A stretch of DNA of 64,000 nucleotides from an uncultured Candidatus Saccharibacteria bacterium (GCA_964453135.1 CAYVOL010000003.1:33976-97975); one strand, 5' to 3'; shown: positions 47,527-57,218, counted from the first letter of the stretch. Notes: generated from the sequence alone by a model not told the origin. Made by a program: numbers and translations.

Positions 47527-48237
47527 ATGAAACTTTATATATTGAAAATCTTTTTTTTGGCATTAATTATTGTATCAGGGGCGTTTCAATCAGCGCGGGC
47601 GCAGTCAGGCCAATCACTTCAACCCGCGCCGGAATTTTTGGCAAGCTGGCAGGCAAATTCTTTCGTTCCCTCCTGGTACGAAGGGAAAATCTTTCCGGTT
47701 TACGGCAGCCGCATTGACGTGAATTTTGAATTGATTGACAATGGGAAAATCGCCGATTTGTCCAAAGAAAAAGTGCGCTGGTATGTCAATGATGATTTGA
47801 TATTGAACGAGAAAAATGGCTTGGGAATAAAAAACTTTTCTTTTGTCAACAACTATTTTTACGGCGGAGAATTGGAAGTAAAAATTTCCATTCCCGAATA
47901 CAAATCGGGATCGCTGATTAAAGTTGTTCATATTCCGGTAAAAACTCCGGAGGTGGCCGTTGAGGCGCCTTATTTCGGGCAAATTCTTAAGCAGGGAAAG
48001 AATCTGGTTTTTGCCTGGCCATTTTTCTTCAGCGCCACAGACTTGAATAATCTGTCGCTGGAGTGGCGCGCGGACGATAAAACTTTGGCGAAAGCAACCG
48101 CTCTTAACCCGAGTTTTTATGTTAATGTTGACGCGGGAGCAGAGTCGGGGAAGAAAATAAATTTGCTGGCGCGTTTCAGTAATTTGAAAAATAATATGGA
48201 GTTTGCCGGCAAGGCGATAATATTAGAGACGCCGTAA
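47527..48237 (+). CDS. secreted protein with cleavable signal peptide
   Basis: MKLYILKIFFLALIIVSGAFQSARA|QSG is a classic signal peptide. Confidence 0.4.
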   Translation: MKLYILKIFFLALIIVSGAFQSARAQSGQSLQPAPEFLASWQANSFVPSWYEGKIFPVYGSRIDVNFELIDNGKIADLSKEKVRWYVNDDLILNEKNGLGIKNFSFVNNYFYGGELEVKISIPEYKSGSLIKVVHIPVKTPEVAVEAPYFGQILKQGKNLVFAWPFFFSATDLNNLSLEWRADDKTLAKATALNPSFYVNVDAGAESGKKINLLARFSNLKNNMEFAGKAIILETP

Positions 48238-48246
48238 ACTATAGAA

Positions 48247-49203
48247 ATGTTTTCATCGCATAAAAAATTTATTTTGATGTTCATCCTACTGGGGGTGGGT
48301 TTTGGGAGCGTATTTGTTGGTTTAGTTATGGCGGCGCAAGGTGATGGAAACGGCGGCTTGGGACCCGGTATGTATAGTGGATCTAACGCCGCTAACGGCA
48401 CTGCTCAAAATGGAGTGAATGTGGGAGGGTTGCCTAGCACAATCGCTAATTCTCAAAGTCCCGGAGAGTTGGTTAAAAATATTTATCAATATGCCTTGGG
48501 CATTGTCGGTTTGGCGGCATTGGGAGCGATTATTTACGGAGGAATCTTATGGATTTTTTCCGCCGGTATTCCCGGCAATCAAGCGAAAGCTCAGGAATGG
48601 ATTAAGGGAGCCTTGTGGGGACTTTTGCTTTTACTGGGCGCGGCTGTTTTATTCAATACTATTAATCCCTATATCGTGGATACCGGAGCGATTGATGCCA
48701 GCTTGAAGCAGAATCTTAATCAAGGTCAGTTGCCTCCGGCGTCTCAAGCGCCGCCAACTTCATCAACACCGACTGACAGTACCTGGCCTCCTGTTTCCGA
48801 TGCGGAAGCAAGAGCTATGATAGGAGGGGACGCTAATATTAATAATCCCGACTGTCAAAAGGTAGGGGATCAGAATTGCACAAGTTTGCGCGGGATGCCG
48901 AACCCAACATTGAATTGCATAAAACAAATCGCGTCTGCTACTCAAAAAGTTACCGGCGGAACAGAATGGTGGTTACATGGAGACGGAGTAAGCCCCGATA
49001 GTACGCATCATGGGCCGGGAAAGGCAACGGCAGATTTTCGATATTCTAGAACATTGCCAAGTCAAATAGACGGATATAAACAAAAGGGCTGGGTTACTTT
49101 TTATCAATGTGAAAATAGAAGACAAAAAATTAGTTGTGACGGAAGCCAAGGAACGCCCGATCATGTTCATGTAGAATTTGCTCCAGGCACTTCTTGCCAA
49201 TAA
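48247..49203 (+). CDS. membrane protein sharing the N-terminal module of the VirB6-like protein, with a Cys/His-containing C-terminal domain (possible cell-wall hydrolase)
   Basis: The N-terminus MFSSHKKFILMFILLGVGFGSVFVGLVMAAQGDGNGGLGPGMYSGS matches 39810. The C-terminus has WWLHGDG...HHG...HVHVEF, reminiscent of the M23 peptidase HxH terminal motif. The hydrolase call is speculative. Confidence 0.4.
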   Translation: MFSSHKKFILMFILLGVGFGSVFVGLVMAAQGDGNGGLGPGMYSGSNAANGTAQNGVNVGGLPSTIANSQSPGELVKNIYQYALGIVGLAALGAIIYGGILWIFSAGIPGNQAKAQEWIKGALWGLLLLLGAAVLFNTINPYIVDTGAIDASLKQNLNQGQLPPASQAPPTSSTPTDSTWPPVSDAEARAMIGGDANINNPDCQKVGDQNCTSLRGMPNPTLNCIKQIASATQKVTGGTEWWLHGDGVSPDSTHHGPGKATADFRYSRTLPSQIDGYKQKGWVTFYQCENRRQKISCDGSQGTPDHVHVEFAPGTSCQ

Positions 49204-49210
49204 TTTTCTT

Positions 49211-50404
49211 ATGAAAAAAATCATTATCATAATTTCCATTGTCGCTATTTTAGCCGTAGGCGCCGGAGTTTATTTGGCTTGGCAGAAATACAGCAAGTCA
49301 AATGAACAGGTTTCGGTTCCCGCCACTCCTTCTACCGCTAACCCTTCTGTTAATTATCATTTTTCTTCTTCCACTGCGTCGCGGATGAGACAAATAAGCA
49401 AAGAACCGGCGTGGTTTTATTGGTTAAGCAAGGGAGCGGTTTCTATTTCCGGTTCCTCGTCTGCTTCTGTTGGGTTGACGCCGAGCGCGCCTTCCTCGCT
49501 TTTTTATATTGCCGCCAGCGACCATAAAATCAGAGAAATTGCCGCTAGCGGAGAAACGATGATAAGCGATTCTTTGTCGGCGGACGATTATCAAAGCGCC
49601 GTGGTCTCTTTTGACGGGAATTTGCTGGCTTTGAAAGTTGGCAATCATTTAAGTAATGGGTTAACCGGGCAATGGATAATTTTTGATGCCAAGAAAAAAG
49701 TTCAGCTGGCGTTTTTAAGCAATGTCAGCGCATTCGCTTGGTCGCCTTCTGACAATAAAGCGATTTATTTTCAGCCCAACAATAAAGGCGGTTCTGATTT
49801 GATTATCAATGATTTTACCGCGGTCAAGCAAAAGCCGCAGAAAATTATTTCTCTTAACCAGGGAGATTTTTCTTTGCAGTGGATTGCCGGCAACAATGTT
49901 CTATTGTTGTCGCCCCCCTCTTTTGATTGGGAGTCGGAGATATGGAATTTGGACATTAAAAATAAAACTTTGAAAAAAGTTGCTGCGGGGAAAAGTTTGA
50001 CGATTAACTGGGCGAAAAATGTTCAGGAAGGATTGAAGCTGGCCCAGCTCGGCAGCGATAATTATGAACTGAGCCTTGTCAATTTTTCCGGAGAAAAACA
50101 GGCGGATTTCAAATTCAAAACTTTTCCCGATAAATGTTTTATCGCCACGGCTTCCCAGCTTTACTGCGCTATTTCTAAAAATCAGGAAGTGTTTTCCTTG
50201 ACAGATATTTTTGACAGATATTTGAAGAGGGAGATTTATTTTAAGGACGGAATTTACAAGGTTGACTTGGCGGAAAATAAATTTATTCCGCTTTACGAAG
50301 GGGAAAATCCGGCCATAGACGCGGCGAATCTTACTTTTGACGGCCGCAATAAGCTGTATTTTATCAATCGGTATGATAAGCAGCTTTATGAGTTAGAGAT
50401 TTAG
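49211..50404 (+). CDS. hypothetical membrane-anchored extracytoplasmic protein
   Basis: N-terminal TM (MKKIIIIISIVAILAVGAGVYLAW) followed by a large hydrophilic domain. Confidence 0.4.
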   Translation: MKKIIIIISIVAILAVGAGVYLAWQKYSKSNEQVSVPATPSTANPSVNYHFSSSTASRMRQISKEPAWFYWLSKGAVSISGSSSASVGLTPSAPSSLFYIAASDHKIREIAASGETMISDSLSADDYQSAVVSFDGNLLALKVGNHLSNGLTGQWIIFDAKKKVQLAFLSNVSAFAWSPSDNKAIYFQPNNKGGSDLIINDFTAVKQKPQKIISLNQGDFSLQWIAGNNVLLLSPPSFDWESEIWNLDIKNKTLKKVAAGKSLTINWAKNVQEGLKLAQLGSDNYELSLVNFSGEKQADFKFKTFPDKCFIATASQLYCAISKNQEVFSLTDIFDRYLKREIYFKDGIYKVDLAENKFIPLYEGENPAIDAANLTFDGRNKLYFINRYDKQLYELEI

Positions 50405-50456
50405 TCGTGTTTTTAGCGGAATTTGGATAGTTAATCCGCTCCTTCTTCTTTTCTTA

Positions 50457-51806
50457 TTGATTTTGATGAACGACGCTATAAAAAAGATGGTTTTTTATTT
50501 GAAGCTGCCGGAGATGCGGCTTTTTTGGTATATTGTCCTTTTGACTTTATTCTTTTTGTTTTTTGAATTTGAAGGGGCGTATCTTCAGCTTAATTTTTTC
50601 TGGATGGCTTTGATAAACATCGTATTTTTTACCGCGGTGGGCGTTATCGTTTTTATTACCAGTTTGCGATTAGCGGCTTTTAATCAAGAGGTTAAAATTG
50701 AACGCAACGAATTAAAAAGCGTGATTGCCAATTTGGGAAACGGCGTGGTGGCTTACGACCATAATTTCAAAGTTTTAATTTTTAATTCGGCGGCAGAACG
50801 GATTTTTAATTTGCGCTCCGGAGAAATGGAGGGAAATTATTTTGCGCCGGACAAAGTCAGGGACCCGCGTTTTTCCTTTTTTTGCCGCGTTTTGTTTCCT
50901 TCTTTGGCGCCGCAAGTGGTAAGAATTACCGAAGAAGGAAAATATCCGCAAATTATTGATATGTCTTTTGAGAATCCGCGCTTGGAGTTGAGGGTGGCTA
51001 CCGATCGGGTGATTGATTCCGATGGAAGGGTATTGGGATTTATGAAGATTATCCAGGACCGGACGCGGGAAGCGGAGCTTCTTCGTTCCAAAAGCGAGTT
51101 TATTGAGGTGGCGGCTCACCAATTAAGAACTCCCCTTACGTCCGTCAACTGGATTTTTGAATCGCTAGTCAAGGAAAAATTGAGCGAGGAACAAAAGAAT
51201 ATGGTGGATATGGGCGCTATCGCGGCCGGCAGTTTATTAAAGATCGTTAACGACCTTTTAGATATCGCCCAGATAGAAGAAGGGAAATTCGGATATAAAT
51301 TTGAAAGCGTTGACTTTGTCCGTTTCATGGAAGAGGTGCTGATTGAAATGAATGTTCTGGCAAAATCTTTGGGGGTGAAACTTTATTTTAAGCGTCCGGC
51401 CGAGGCCTTGCCTCCTTTGACGATTGACGCTAAAAAAATATCCGTTGTTTTGTCTAATTTGATTGCCAATTCTATTAAATATAACGTGGAAAACGGAGAA
51501 GCGGTGGTGGGGGTAAGGAAATTGGAAGATAAGCCTTATGTTGAGGTAAGCGTGAAAGATACCGGCATCGGCATTGCCGAAGAAGACGCTGGAAAGGTTT
51601 TTACTAAATTCTTCCGTTCTGATAACGCCCAGAAAGCCGTGCCCGACGGAACGGGCCTGGGGCTTTACATTGTTAAAAACATTATCAGGCGGCACGGAGG
51701 GGAAATTCGGTTTGATTCGCAGTTAAACCGCGGCACGACTTTTTATTTTACCCTTCCTCTTGACCCCAGTTTGATACCGCAAAAAGAATTCGCCTACGAG
51801 GACTAA
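50457..51806 (+). CDS. sensor histidine kinase (2 TM + PAS + HisKA + HATPase_c)
   Basis: H-box EVAAHQLRTPLTSV, N-box NLIANSIKYN, G1 VKDTGIGI and G2 GTGLGLYIVKNII. No response regulator is adjacent. Confidence 0.85.
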   Translation: MILMNDAIKKMVFYLKLPEMRLFWYIVLLTLFFLFFEFEGAYLQLNFFWMALINIVFFTAVGVIVFITSLRLAAFNQEVKIERNELKSVIANLGNGVVAYDHNFKVLIFNSAAERIFNLRSGEMEGNYFAPDKVRDPRFSFFCRVLFPSLAPQVVRITEEGKYPQIIDMSFENPRLELRVATDRVIDSDGRVLGFMKIIQDRTREAELLRSKSEFIEVAAHQLRTPLTSVNWIFESLVKEKLSEEQKNMVDMGAIAAGSLLKIVNDLLDIAQIEEGKFGYKFESVDFVRFMEEVLIEMNVLAKSLGVKLYFKRPAEALPPLTIDAKKISVVLSNLIANSIKYNVENGEAVVGVRKLEDKPYVEVSVKDTGIGIAEEDAGKVFTKFFRSDNAQKAVPDGTGLGLYIVKNIIRRHGGEIRFDSQLNRGTTFYFTLPLDPSLIPQKEFAYED

Positions 51807-51856
51807 TCTCCGCTCTTGTTCTTGACTCTTGACACTTGACGCTCGACACTTATTCT

Positions 51857-52726
51857 ATGCCCGAGTTGCCGGAAGTTCAAACAATTATTGATGATTTGAA
51901 TAAGAAAATTAAAGGCGAAATTATCGCTGATTTTTGGAGCGACTGGAAAAAATCCCTTAAAGCGATTTCTCCGGAGCAATTTAGGCGCGCTGTAAAGAAT
52001 AAAAAAATTTTAAGAGCGCGCCGCAAGGGAAAAAATATTTTTATTGACTTGAGCGGCGGGAAAACTATTTATCTTCACCTTAAAATGACCGGCCATCTTT
52101 TAGTTAAGCCGGCCGGTAAAATTTCGGATTTGGAAAAAAAATATTTTGCCGAAAAAGTTAATCAGTATATTCACCATATTTTTTATTTTAGAAGCGGGAA
52201 AATCATGACCTTTTCCGATTTAAGAAAATTCGGGAAAATTATTTTAGTGCCTACTTCACAGGCGGAGGATTTGCCGGAAATAAAAAATTTGGGGGAAGAC
52301 GTTTTATCTCCAAGTTTTACATTGGAGAAGTTTAAAAATCTTTTGGCGAAAAAAAGAAAACTTTCTCTGGTTGTTTTTTTAGCGGACCAGCAAATTTTAA
52401 GCGGCATCGGCAACATATACCGCAGCGAAATTTTATTTGAAGCCGGCGTTTTGCCATGGAGGAAAGCCGGCGAACTGGAAGAAGAAGAAATTGGAGATGT
52501 TTATCGTGCCATTGGAAAAATTTTGAAAAAAGCGATAAGATTGCGGGGCACCTCCGACAGCGATTATCGGGACACCTCCGGCACTCCCGGAAAATTCCAA
52601 AATGTTTTGAGGGTTTACCGCAGAGAAGGCGAGAAATGTTTGGTATGTAAGAAGGAAATTAGGAGGGTAAAAATCGGAGCGAGAAGCGTCTTTTATTGCC
52701 CGCGATGCCAGAATCGTGAATCCTGA
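51857..52726 (+). CDS. mutM: formamidopyrimidine-DNA glycosylase
   Basis: It starts MPELPEV, giving the catalytic Pro2 after Met removal. It has the H2TH region and a C-terminal zinc finger CLVCKKEI...CPRCQ. The start was moved from 51836 to the Fpg-type ATG. Confidence 0.85.
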   Translation: MPELPEVQTIIDDLNKKIKGEIIADFWSDWKKSLKAISPEQFRRAVKNKKILRARRKGKNIFIDLSGGKTIYLHLKMTGHLLVKPAGKISDLEKKYFAEKVNQYIHHIFYFRSGKIMTFSDLRKFGKIILVPTSQAEDLPEIKNLGEDVLSPSFTLEKFKNLLAKKRKLSLVVFLADQQILSGIGNIYRSEILFEAGVLPWRKAGELEEEEIGDVYRAIGKILKKAIRLRGTSDSDYRDTSGTPGKFQNVLRVYRREGEKCLVCKKEIRRVKIGARSVFYCPRCQNRES

Positions 52727-52772
52727 ATCGTAAATCTTGAATCGTGAATCGTGAATTCTAACCATTCAATCA

Positions 52773-54656
52773 ATGTCTAAGCGCGATCTTTTTTTAGAGG
52801 AATCAATTTTGGACAATTTCTCTTCTTTGGAAGAAGTAGAAATGCCTTTGCCTTCCAAATCTTTCAGGATAGTGGCAGGCGTTGTTTTTTTAACCGCTTT
52901 AATAGTGGGAGCGAGAATTTTTTTTCTTAATGTTAAAAACGGAGATTTTTACCAGAGACGCGCTTGGGCGAATATGAGCGATGGCAGTATTGTTCCTGCG
53001 CAGCGAGGAATTTTTTTTGACCGCTTTGACAAGCCGTTGGCGAAAAACATCCCGTCTTTTCAGGCCATTTTGAAAATTTCCGATTTTCTTAAAAATGATG
53101 CTTCCCGACAGGAAGAAGCGCTGAAAAATCTGGAAACTGTTTTAAATTTAAGCGACGGGCAGATACAAGAATGGCTGGACAATATAAATTTGGAAAAACA
53201 AAGTTCTTTGGTTTTGGCCCGCGATTTGACCATTGAACAAATGGCGGCTATTAAAAATCTCCAGTATCCTTTTGTTGAAGTGCAAAATGATTTTCTTCGC
53301 CAATATGAGGGAGAAGGCGCTCTCAGCCATATTTTGGGGTATACGGGATTGGTATCTTCCGATGATTTGGCGGAAAACTCGGATTTTAGCTTGAATGATT
53401 CCATCGGCAAAAACGGGTTGGAGTTTTTTTACGATAAAGAGCTGCGCGGAAAAAACGGAGAAAAATTTGAATACAAAAATGCCAAAAATGAAACTTTGGG
53501 GCAGGATTTTTCTTTGCAGGCGAAAAACGGCAATGATTTGCATTTGACCATAGACAAAGATTTGCAGGAATTCTTTTACGGGAAAATGTCCGAACAGCTG
53601 AAGTTCTTGGGACGCACTTCGGGCGCGGGCATCGTGATAAATCCTCAAAGCGGAGAAGTTCTGGCTTTGGTTAGTTTTCCTTCTTTTGACGCCAATCATC
53701 TGACCAAAGATATATTATCGGACAGCAATCAGCCTTTGTTTAACCGGGCGATAAGCGGACTATACAATCCTGCTTCTACCATCAAGCCGTTGGTCGGCAC
53801 TGCCGCTTTGACGGAAAATGTTATTGATACTAAAAAATCGGTTTTTTCCGCCGGCTACATTGACATCCCCAATCCGTATCATCCCGACCAGCCTTCCCGT
53901 TTCGTGGATTGGAAACCCAACGGCTGGATCAATATTTATTCCGCGTTGGCAAAATCAAGCAACATTTATTTTTATTCCGTGGGCGGCGGATACGGCGACA
54001 TTAAAGGATTGGGCATTGAGAAATTAAGGGGATATTGGGAAAAATTCGGCCTTAATGAAAAAACAGGCGTGGATTTGCCCAATGAAAAAAGCGGCTTTCT
54101 GCCTTCTCCCGAGATCAAACAAAAAAATACCGGCGAACCGTGGCGTTTAGGGGATACCTACAACGTAAGTATCGGACAAGGAGATTTGATGATTACTCCT
54201 ATGGAGCTGATAAGCTATATTTCTTCCGTATCCACTAAGGGAATTTTTTACAAACCTTTTATCGTAAAAAAAATAGTTGACGAACAGGGAAACGTCATCA
54301 AGGAAAATAATCCTCAAGTTATTCGCGATATCTCTTATCTGAAGAGCGCTATGGGCGAAGTGGAGAAAGGAATGATTGACGTGAGCGAAAAAGATTACGG
54401 TACTGCTTATTTTTTGCATGATTTGCCGTTTATCGTGGCGAGTAAAACTGGAAGCGCCCAGATTCAAGATAACACTAAAATCAACGCTTTTTATGCGGGC
54501 TACGGGCCGCTGGATCCGCAATACGGCAATCGGCAAATCGCTGTTTTGGTTTTGGTGGAAAACGCGAAAGGAGGAAGTTTGAATGCCGTGCCGGTGGCGA
54601 AAGCAGTTTTTCAGTGGTATTATGACAATAGATTAACAGCCAAGGTTGGACATTAG
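52773..54656 (+). CDS. mrdA: penicillin-binding protein 2 (class B transpeptidase, elongation-type)
   Basis: N-terminal TM and dimerisation domain. The transpeptidase motifs are STIK (ASTIKPL), SSN (KSSNIYF) and KTGS (SKTGSAQ). It lies upstream of mreB/mreC. Confidence 0.85.
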   Translation: MSKRDLFLEESILDNFSSLEEVEMPLPSKSFRIVAGVVFLTALIVGARIFFLNVKNGDFYQRRAWANMSDGSIVPAQRGIFFDRFDKPLAKNIPSFQAILKISDFLKNDASRQEEALKNLETVLNLSDGQIQEWLDNINLEKQSSLVLARDLTIEQMAAIKNLQYPFVEVQNDFLRQYEGEGALSHILGYTGLVSSDDLAENSDFSLNDSIGKNGLEFFYDKELRGKNGEKFEYKNAKNETLGQDFSLQAKNGNDLHLTIDKDLQEFFYGKMSEQLKFLGRTSGAGIVINPQSGEVLALVSFPSFDANHLTKDILSDSNQPLFNRAISGLYNPASTIKPLVGTAALTENVIDTKKSVFSAGYIDIPNPYHPDQPSRFVDWKPNGWINIYSALAKSSNIYFYSVGGGYGDIKGLGIEKLRGYWEKFGLNEKTGVDLPNEKSGFLPSPEIKQKNTGEPWRLGDTYNVSIGQGDLMITPMELISYISSVSTKGIFYKPFIVKKIVDEQGNVIKENNPQVIRDISYLKSAMGEVEKGMIDVSEKDYGTAYFLHDLPFIVASKTGSAQIQDNTKINAFYAGYGPLDPQYGNRQIAVLVLVENAKGGSLNAVPVAKAVFQWYYDNRLTAKVGH

Positions 54657-54714
54657 CAGGCATATTTGTTATTAATAAATGTAATAAAAAGTTGGATTTT
54701 GATTTTTATTAACT

Positions 54715-55752
54715 ATGCTCAATTATTTTCGCAAAGATATCGGGGTTGATTTGGGAACCGCCAATTCTCTTTTGTATGTCAAAGAGCGGGGCATTGTTAT
54801 TAACGAGCCGTCCATCGCGGCGGTGAATAATAAAACCGGGCAAATCGCGGCTATAGGCGAAGACGCCAAAAAAATGCTGGGCCGCACGCCGTCCCATATT
54901 TCGGTAATCAGGCCATTGGTTAACGGAGTTATTTCCGATTTTGAAATGACGCAGGAAATGCTCCGCCATTTTTTCAATAAAGCAAGCCAGCGCCACATTC
55001 TCAAATACTACCGCGCTGTTATCGGCGTTCCTCCTAATTTGACCGAGGTGGAAAGAAAATCAGTGGAAGATGCCGTAATTAACGCCGGCGCTTCGCGGGC
55101 TTATTTGGTGGAAGAGCCCATTGCCGCGGCTTTGGGCGCCCGTCTTCCTATTAACGAAGCGGTAGCGACGATGATTGTGGACATCGGCGGAGGCACAACT
55201 GATATTGCCGTTATTTCCATGAACGGAACAGTTTTCAGCAAGAGCTTGAAGATCGCCGGCGATAAGTTTAATGACGACATCATCCGTTTTGTCAGGGATG
55301 AATTTAAGTTGTTAATAGGAGAGCCCACGGCGGAAGAATTAAAAAAAACCATCGGCTCCGCTATTGCCTTGGAGGAAAAACTGGATTTAGCCGCCAGAGG
55401 AAGAGATATGTCTACGGGTTTGCCCAGGGAAATAGTGGTGAGGGGCGCTCAAGTGCGGGCGGCTTTGAGCCGTTCTTTGAAATTAATTTTAGAATCCATC
55501 AGAGAGGTGGTGGAAAAAACTCCTCCGGAGTTGGTGGGCGACATTTATCGGCAGGGGATTTATGTCTGCGGCGGAGGAAGTTTATTAAAAGGAGTGGGAA
55601 CTTTGATTGAAAGAGAAATTTCTGTGCCGGTTATTTTAATTGAAGATCCTTTGACTGCGGTGGCGCGCGGCACGGGAATTATCGCCGAAGATATAGATAA
55701 GCATTCCCAATTATTCACCATTCCCTTAAAGCCGATGGATATTAACGAGTAA
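54715..55752 (+). CDS. mreB: rod-shape-determining actin homolog MreB
   Basis: Actin-fold phosphate-1 motif GVDLGTANS, phosphate-2 motif VDIGGGTTD and an adenosine motif. Confidence 0.9.
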   Translation: MLNYFRKDIGVDLGTANSLLYVKERGIVINEPSIAAVNNKTGQIAAIGEDAKKMLGRTPSHISVIRPLVNGVISDFEMTQEMLRHFFNKASQRHILKYYRAVIGVPPNLTEVERKSVEDAVINAGASRAYLVEEPIAAALGARLPINEAVATMIVDIGGGTTDIAVISMNGTVFSKSLKIAGDKFNDDIIRFVRDEFKLLIGEPTAEELKKTIGSAIALEEKLDLAARGRDMSTGLPREIVVRGAQVRAALSRSLKLILESIREVVEKTPPELVGDIYRQGIYVCGGGSLLKGVGTLIEREISVPVILIEDPLTAVARGTGIIAEDIDKHSQLFTIPLKPMDINE

Positions 55753-55779
55753 AGGCGCGCGGCGCATTCGTTATTTATA

Positions 55780-56460
55780 ATGATAAAAAAAGTTATTTTA
55801 ATTTTTCTGACGATTTTTCTTTTATTTTTAACGTTTGCTTCGGATATTTTCACGGGAAAAAGTTTTTTGTCGCTAGGGAAGGATTTTTTATCTCACTATT
55901 TCAGCGGACTTTATCAGGAGAATAAATTATTAAAACAGGAGAATTTTGATTTGAGAGCGCAAATTCAGGAGTGCCAAATAGCGTCTTTTAAGCAGTTGGA
56001 CGAAGATTATCAAGTTAATGTTTTGAGAGGAGATATTTTTTCGACCTATCCTTCCAACTTGCGGAGCAGTATCATTATTAATAAAGGCAGCCGCGACGGA
56101 GTAAAAGAAAAAATGGCGGCGGTCAAGGGAAAAAATATTTTAATCGGGCAAGTGAATAAAGTTTACGACAGCATCGCGGAAATTAAAACTATTTTTGATC
56201 CCCAGTGGCAGTTGCCGGTTAAGATAGGAGAAGATAAAATAAACGGGTTGTTTCAAGGCGGCAATGACCCGAAAGTAATTCTGGTAGAAAAGCCGGTTAA
56301 AGCCGGCGATCCGATTTTTACCGCGTCGCAGGACCTTCCTTTGAACTTAAAAATCGGCGAAGTGAAAGAATTTCAGGAAAAAAACGGAAAATCTTTAGGC
56401 GAGGCGTCCGTTAATGTTCCTTATAGCATCAATGATATTGATTTTGTTAACTTGTATTAA
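55780..56460 (+). CDS. mreC: rod-shape-determining protein MreC
   Basis: N-terminal TM, a coiled coil (ENKLLKQENFDLRAQIQE) and a beta-rich C-terminus ending ...GDPIFTASQDLPLNLKIGEVKE, typical of MreC. It sits immediately after mreB. Confidence 0.65.
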   Translation: MIKKVILIFLTIFLLFLTFASDIFTGKSFLSLGKDFLSHYFSGLYQENKLLKQENFDLRAQIQECQIASFKQLDEDYQVNVLRGDIFSTYPSNLRSSIIINKGSRDGVKEKMAAVKGKNILIGQVNKVYDSIAEIKTIFDPQWQLPVKIGEDKINGLFQGGNDPKVILVEKPVKAGDPIFTASQDLPLNLKIGEVKEFQEKNGKSLGEASVNVPYSINDIDFVNLY

Positions 56461-56655
56461 TGCCGCAGACATAGCGAAGCGAAGAATCCATCCTGTCATT
56501 CTGAATCCGCCAGCTGGCGGAGAAGAATCTCGTATTTATGCGATTGCGAATATGAGAGATCCTTCGTCCCCCGCCATGGCGGGGGACGAAGGATGACAAT
56601 TAAAACAGGATGACCATAAAAAACAACTATAAAAAGTGTAAATAATGCCTGGATT
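56461..56655 (+). repeat. dispersed ~200-nt structured element, copy 3
   Basis: It shares tgtcattctgaatccgccagctggcgg...gatccttcgtcccccgccatggcggggg...aggatgacaa...gtgtaaataatgc with copies 1 and 2. Confidence 0.6.
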
Positions 56656-56702
56656 TCTTATAGATTATAAATTAAAGATTTTTTATTCTTTTTCAATAAT
56701 AA

Positions 56703-57188
56703 ATGGGCGAAGATATTAAAAAACATAAACAACGCAATAAAATAGCAGGGTTTACTTTGGTGGAAATTTTGCTGACTTTGGCGATTATCGGCGTTTTAAC
56801 CGCGGCGGTTTTGATAATGATTAATCCTGCCCAGCAGCTGGGCGTCGCGCGCAATAATCAGCGTTCCACAAATATCAATGTTATTATCAACGCCATTGGC
56901 CAGAATATGGGAGACAATAAGGGAAGCTTCGGCTGCGTTATCGGAGATATTCCCACTTCTTCCGTAAAAATGGCAAGCGGCGCGGGAAATTACGATATTG
57001 CCCAGTGTTTGGTTGGGCCGAATTATTTGCCCAACCTTCCTTTTGACCCGACGGCGCCGGGCGCTCATTATTCTTCCAGCGCTGATTACGACACCGGTTA
57101 TTATGTTTCCAAAAATGCTTCCACCAGCCGCGTAACTATTACCGCCCCTTACGCTGAGGCGGGACAGACAATTTCCATCACGCGATAG
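56703..57188 (+). CDS. type IV pilin (prepilin-type), distal to the main pilus operon
   Basis: Leader is MGEDIKKHKQRNKIAG|FTLVEILLTLAIIGVLTAAVLIM. Confidence 0.7.
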   Translation: MGEDIKKHKQRNKIAGFTLVEILLTLAIIGVLTAAVLIMINPAQQLGVARNNQRSTNINVIINAIGQNMGDNKGSFGCVIGDIPTSSVKMASGAGNYDIAQCLVGPNYLPNLPFDPTAPGAHYSSSADYDTGYYVSKNASTSRVTITAPYAEAGQTISITR

Positions 57189-57218
57189 AGCCAAGAGCCA
57201 AAGCCGTTTAAAAATTTT

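Noticed and set aside
36228-50404. Integrative conjugative element or plasmid-derived island
   Set aside because: Only VirB4, VirB6-like and PrgI-like components are present. No relaxase, VirD4 coupling protein, integrase, recombinase or flanking tRNA or direct repeats were seen, and composition looks host-like.
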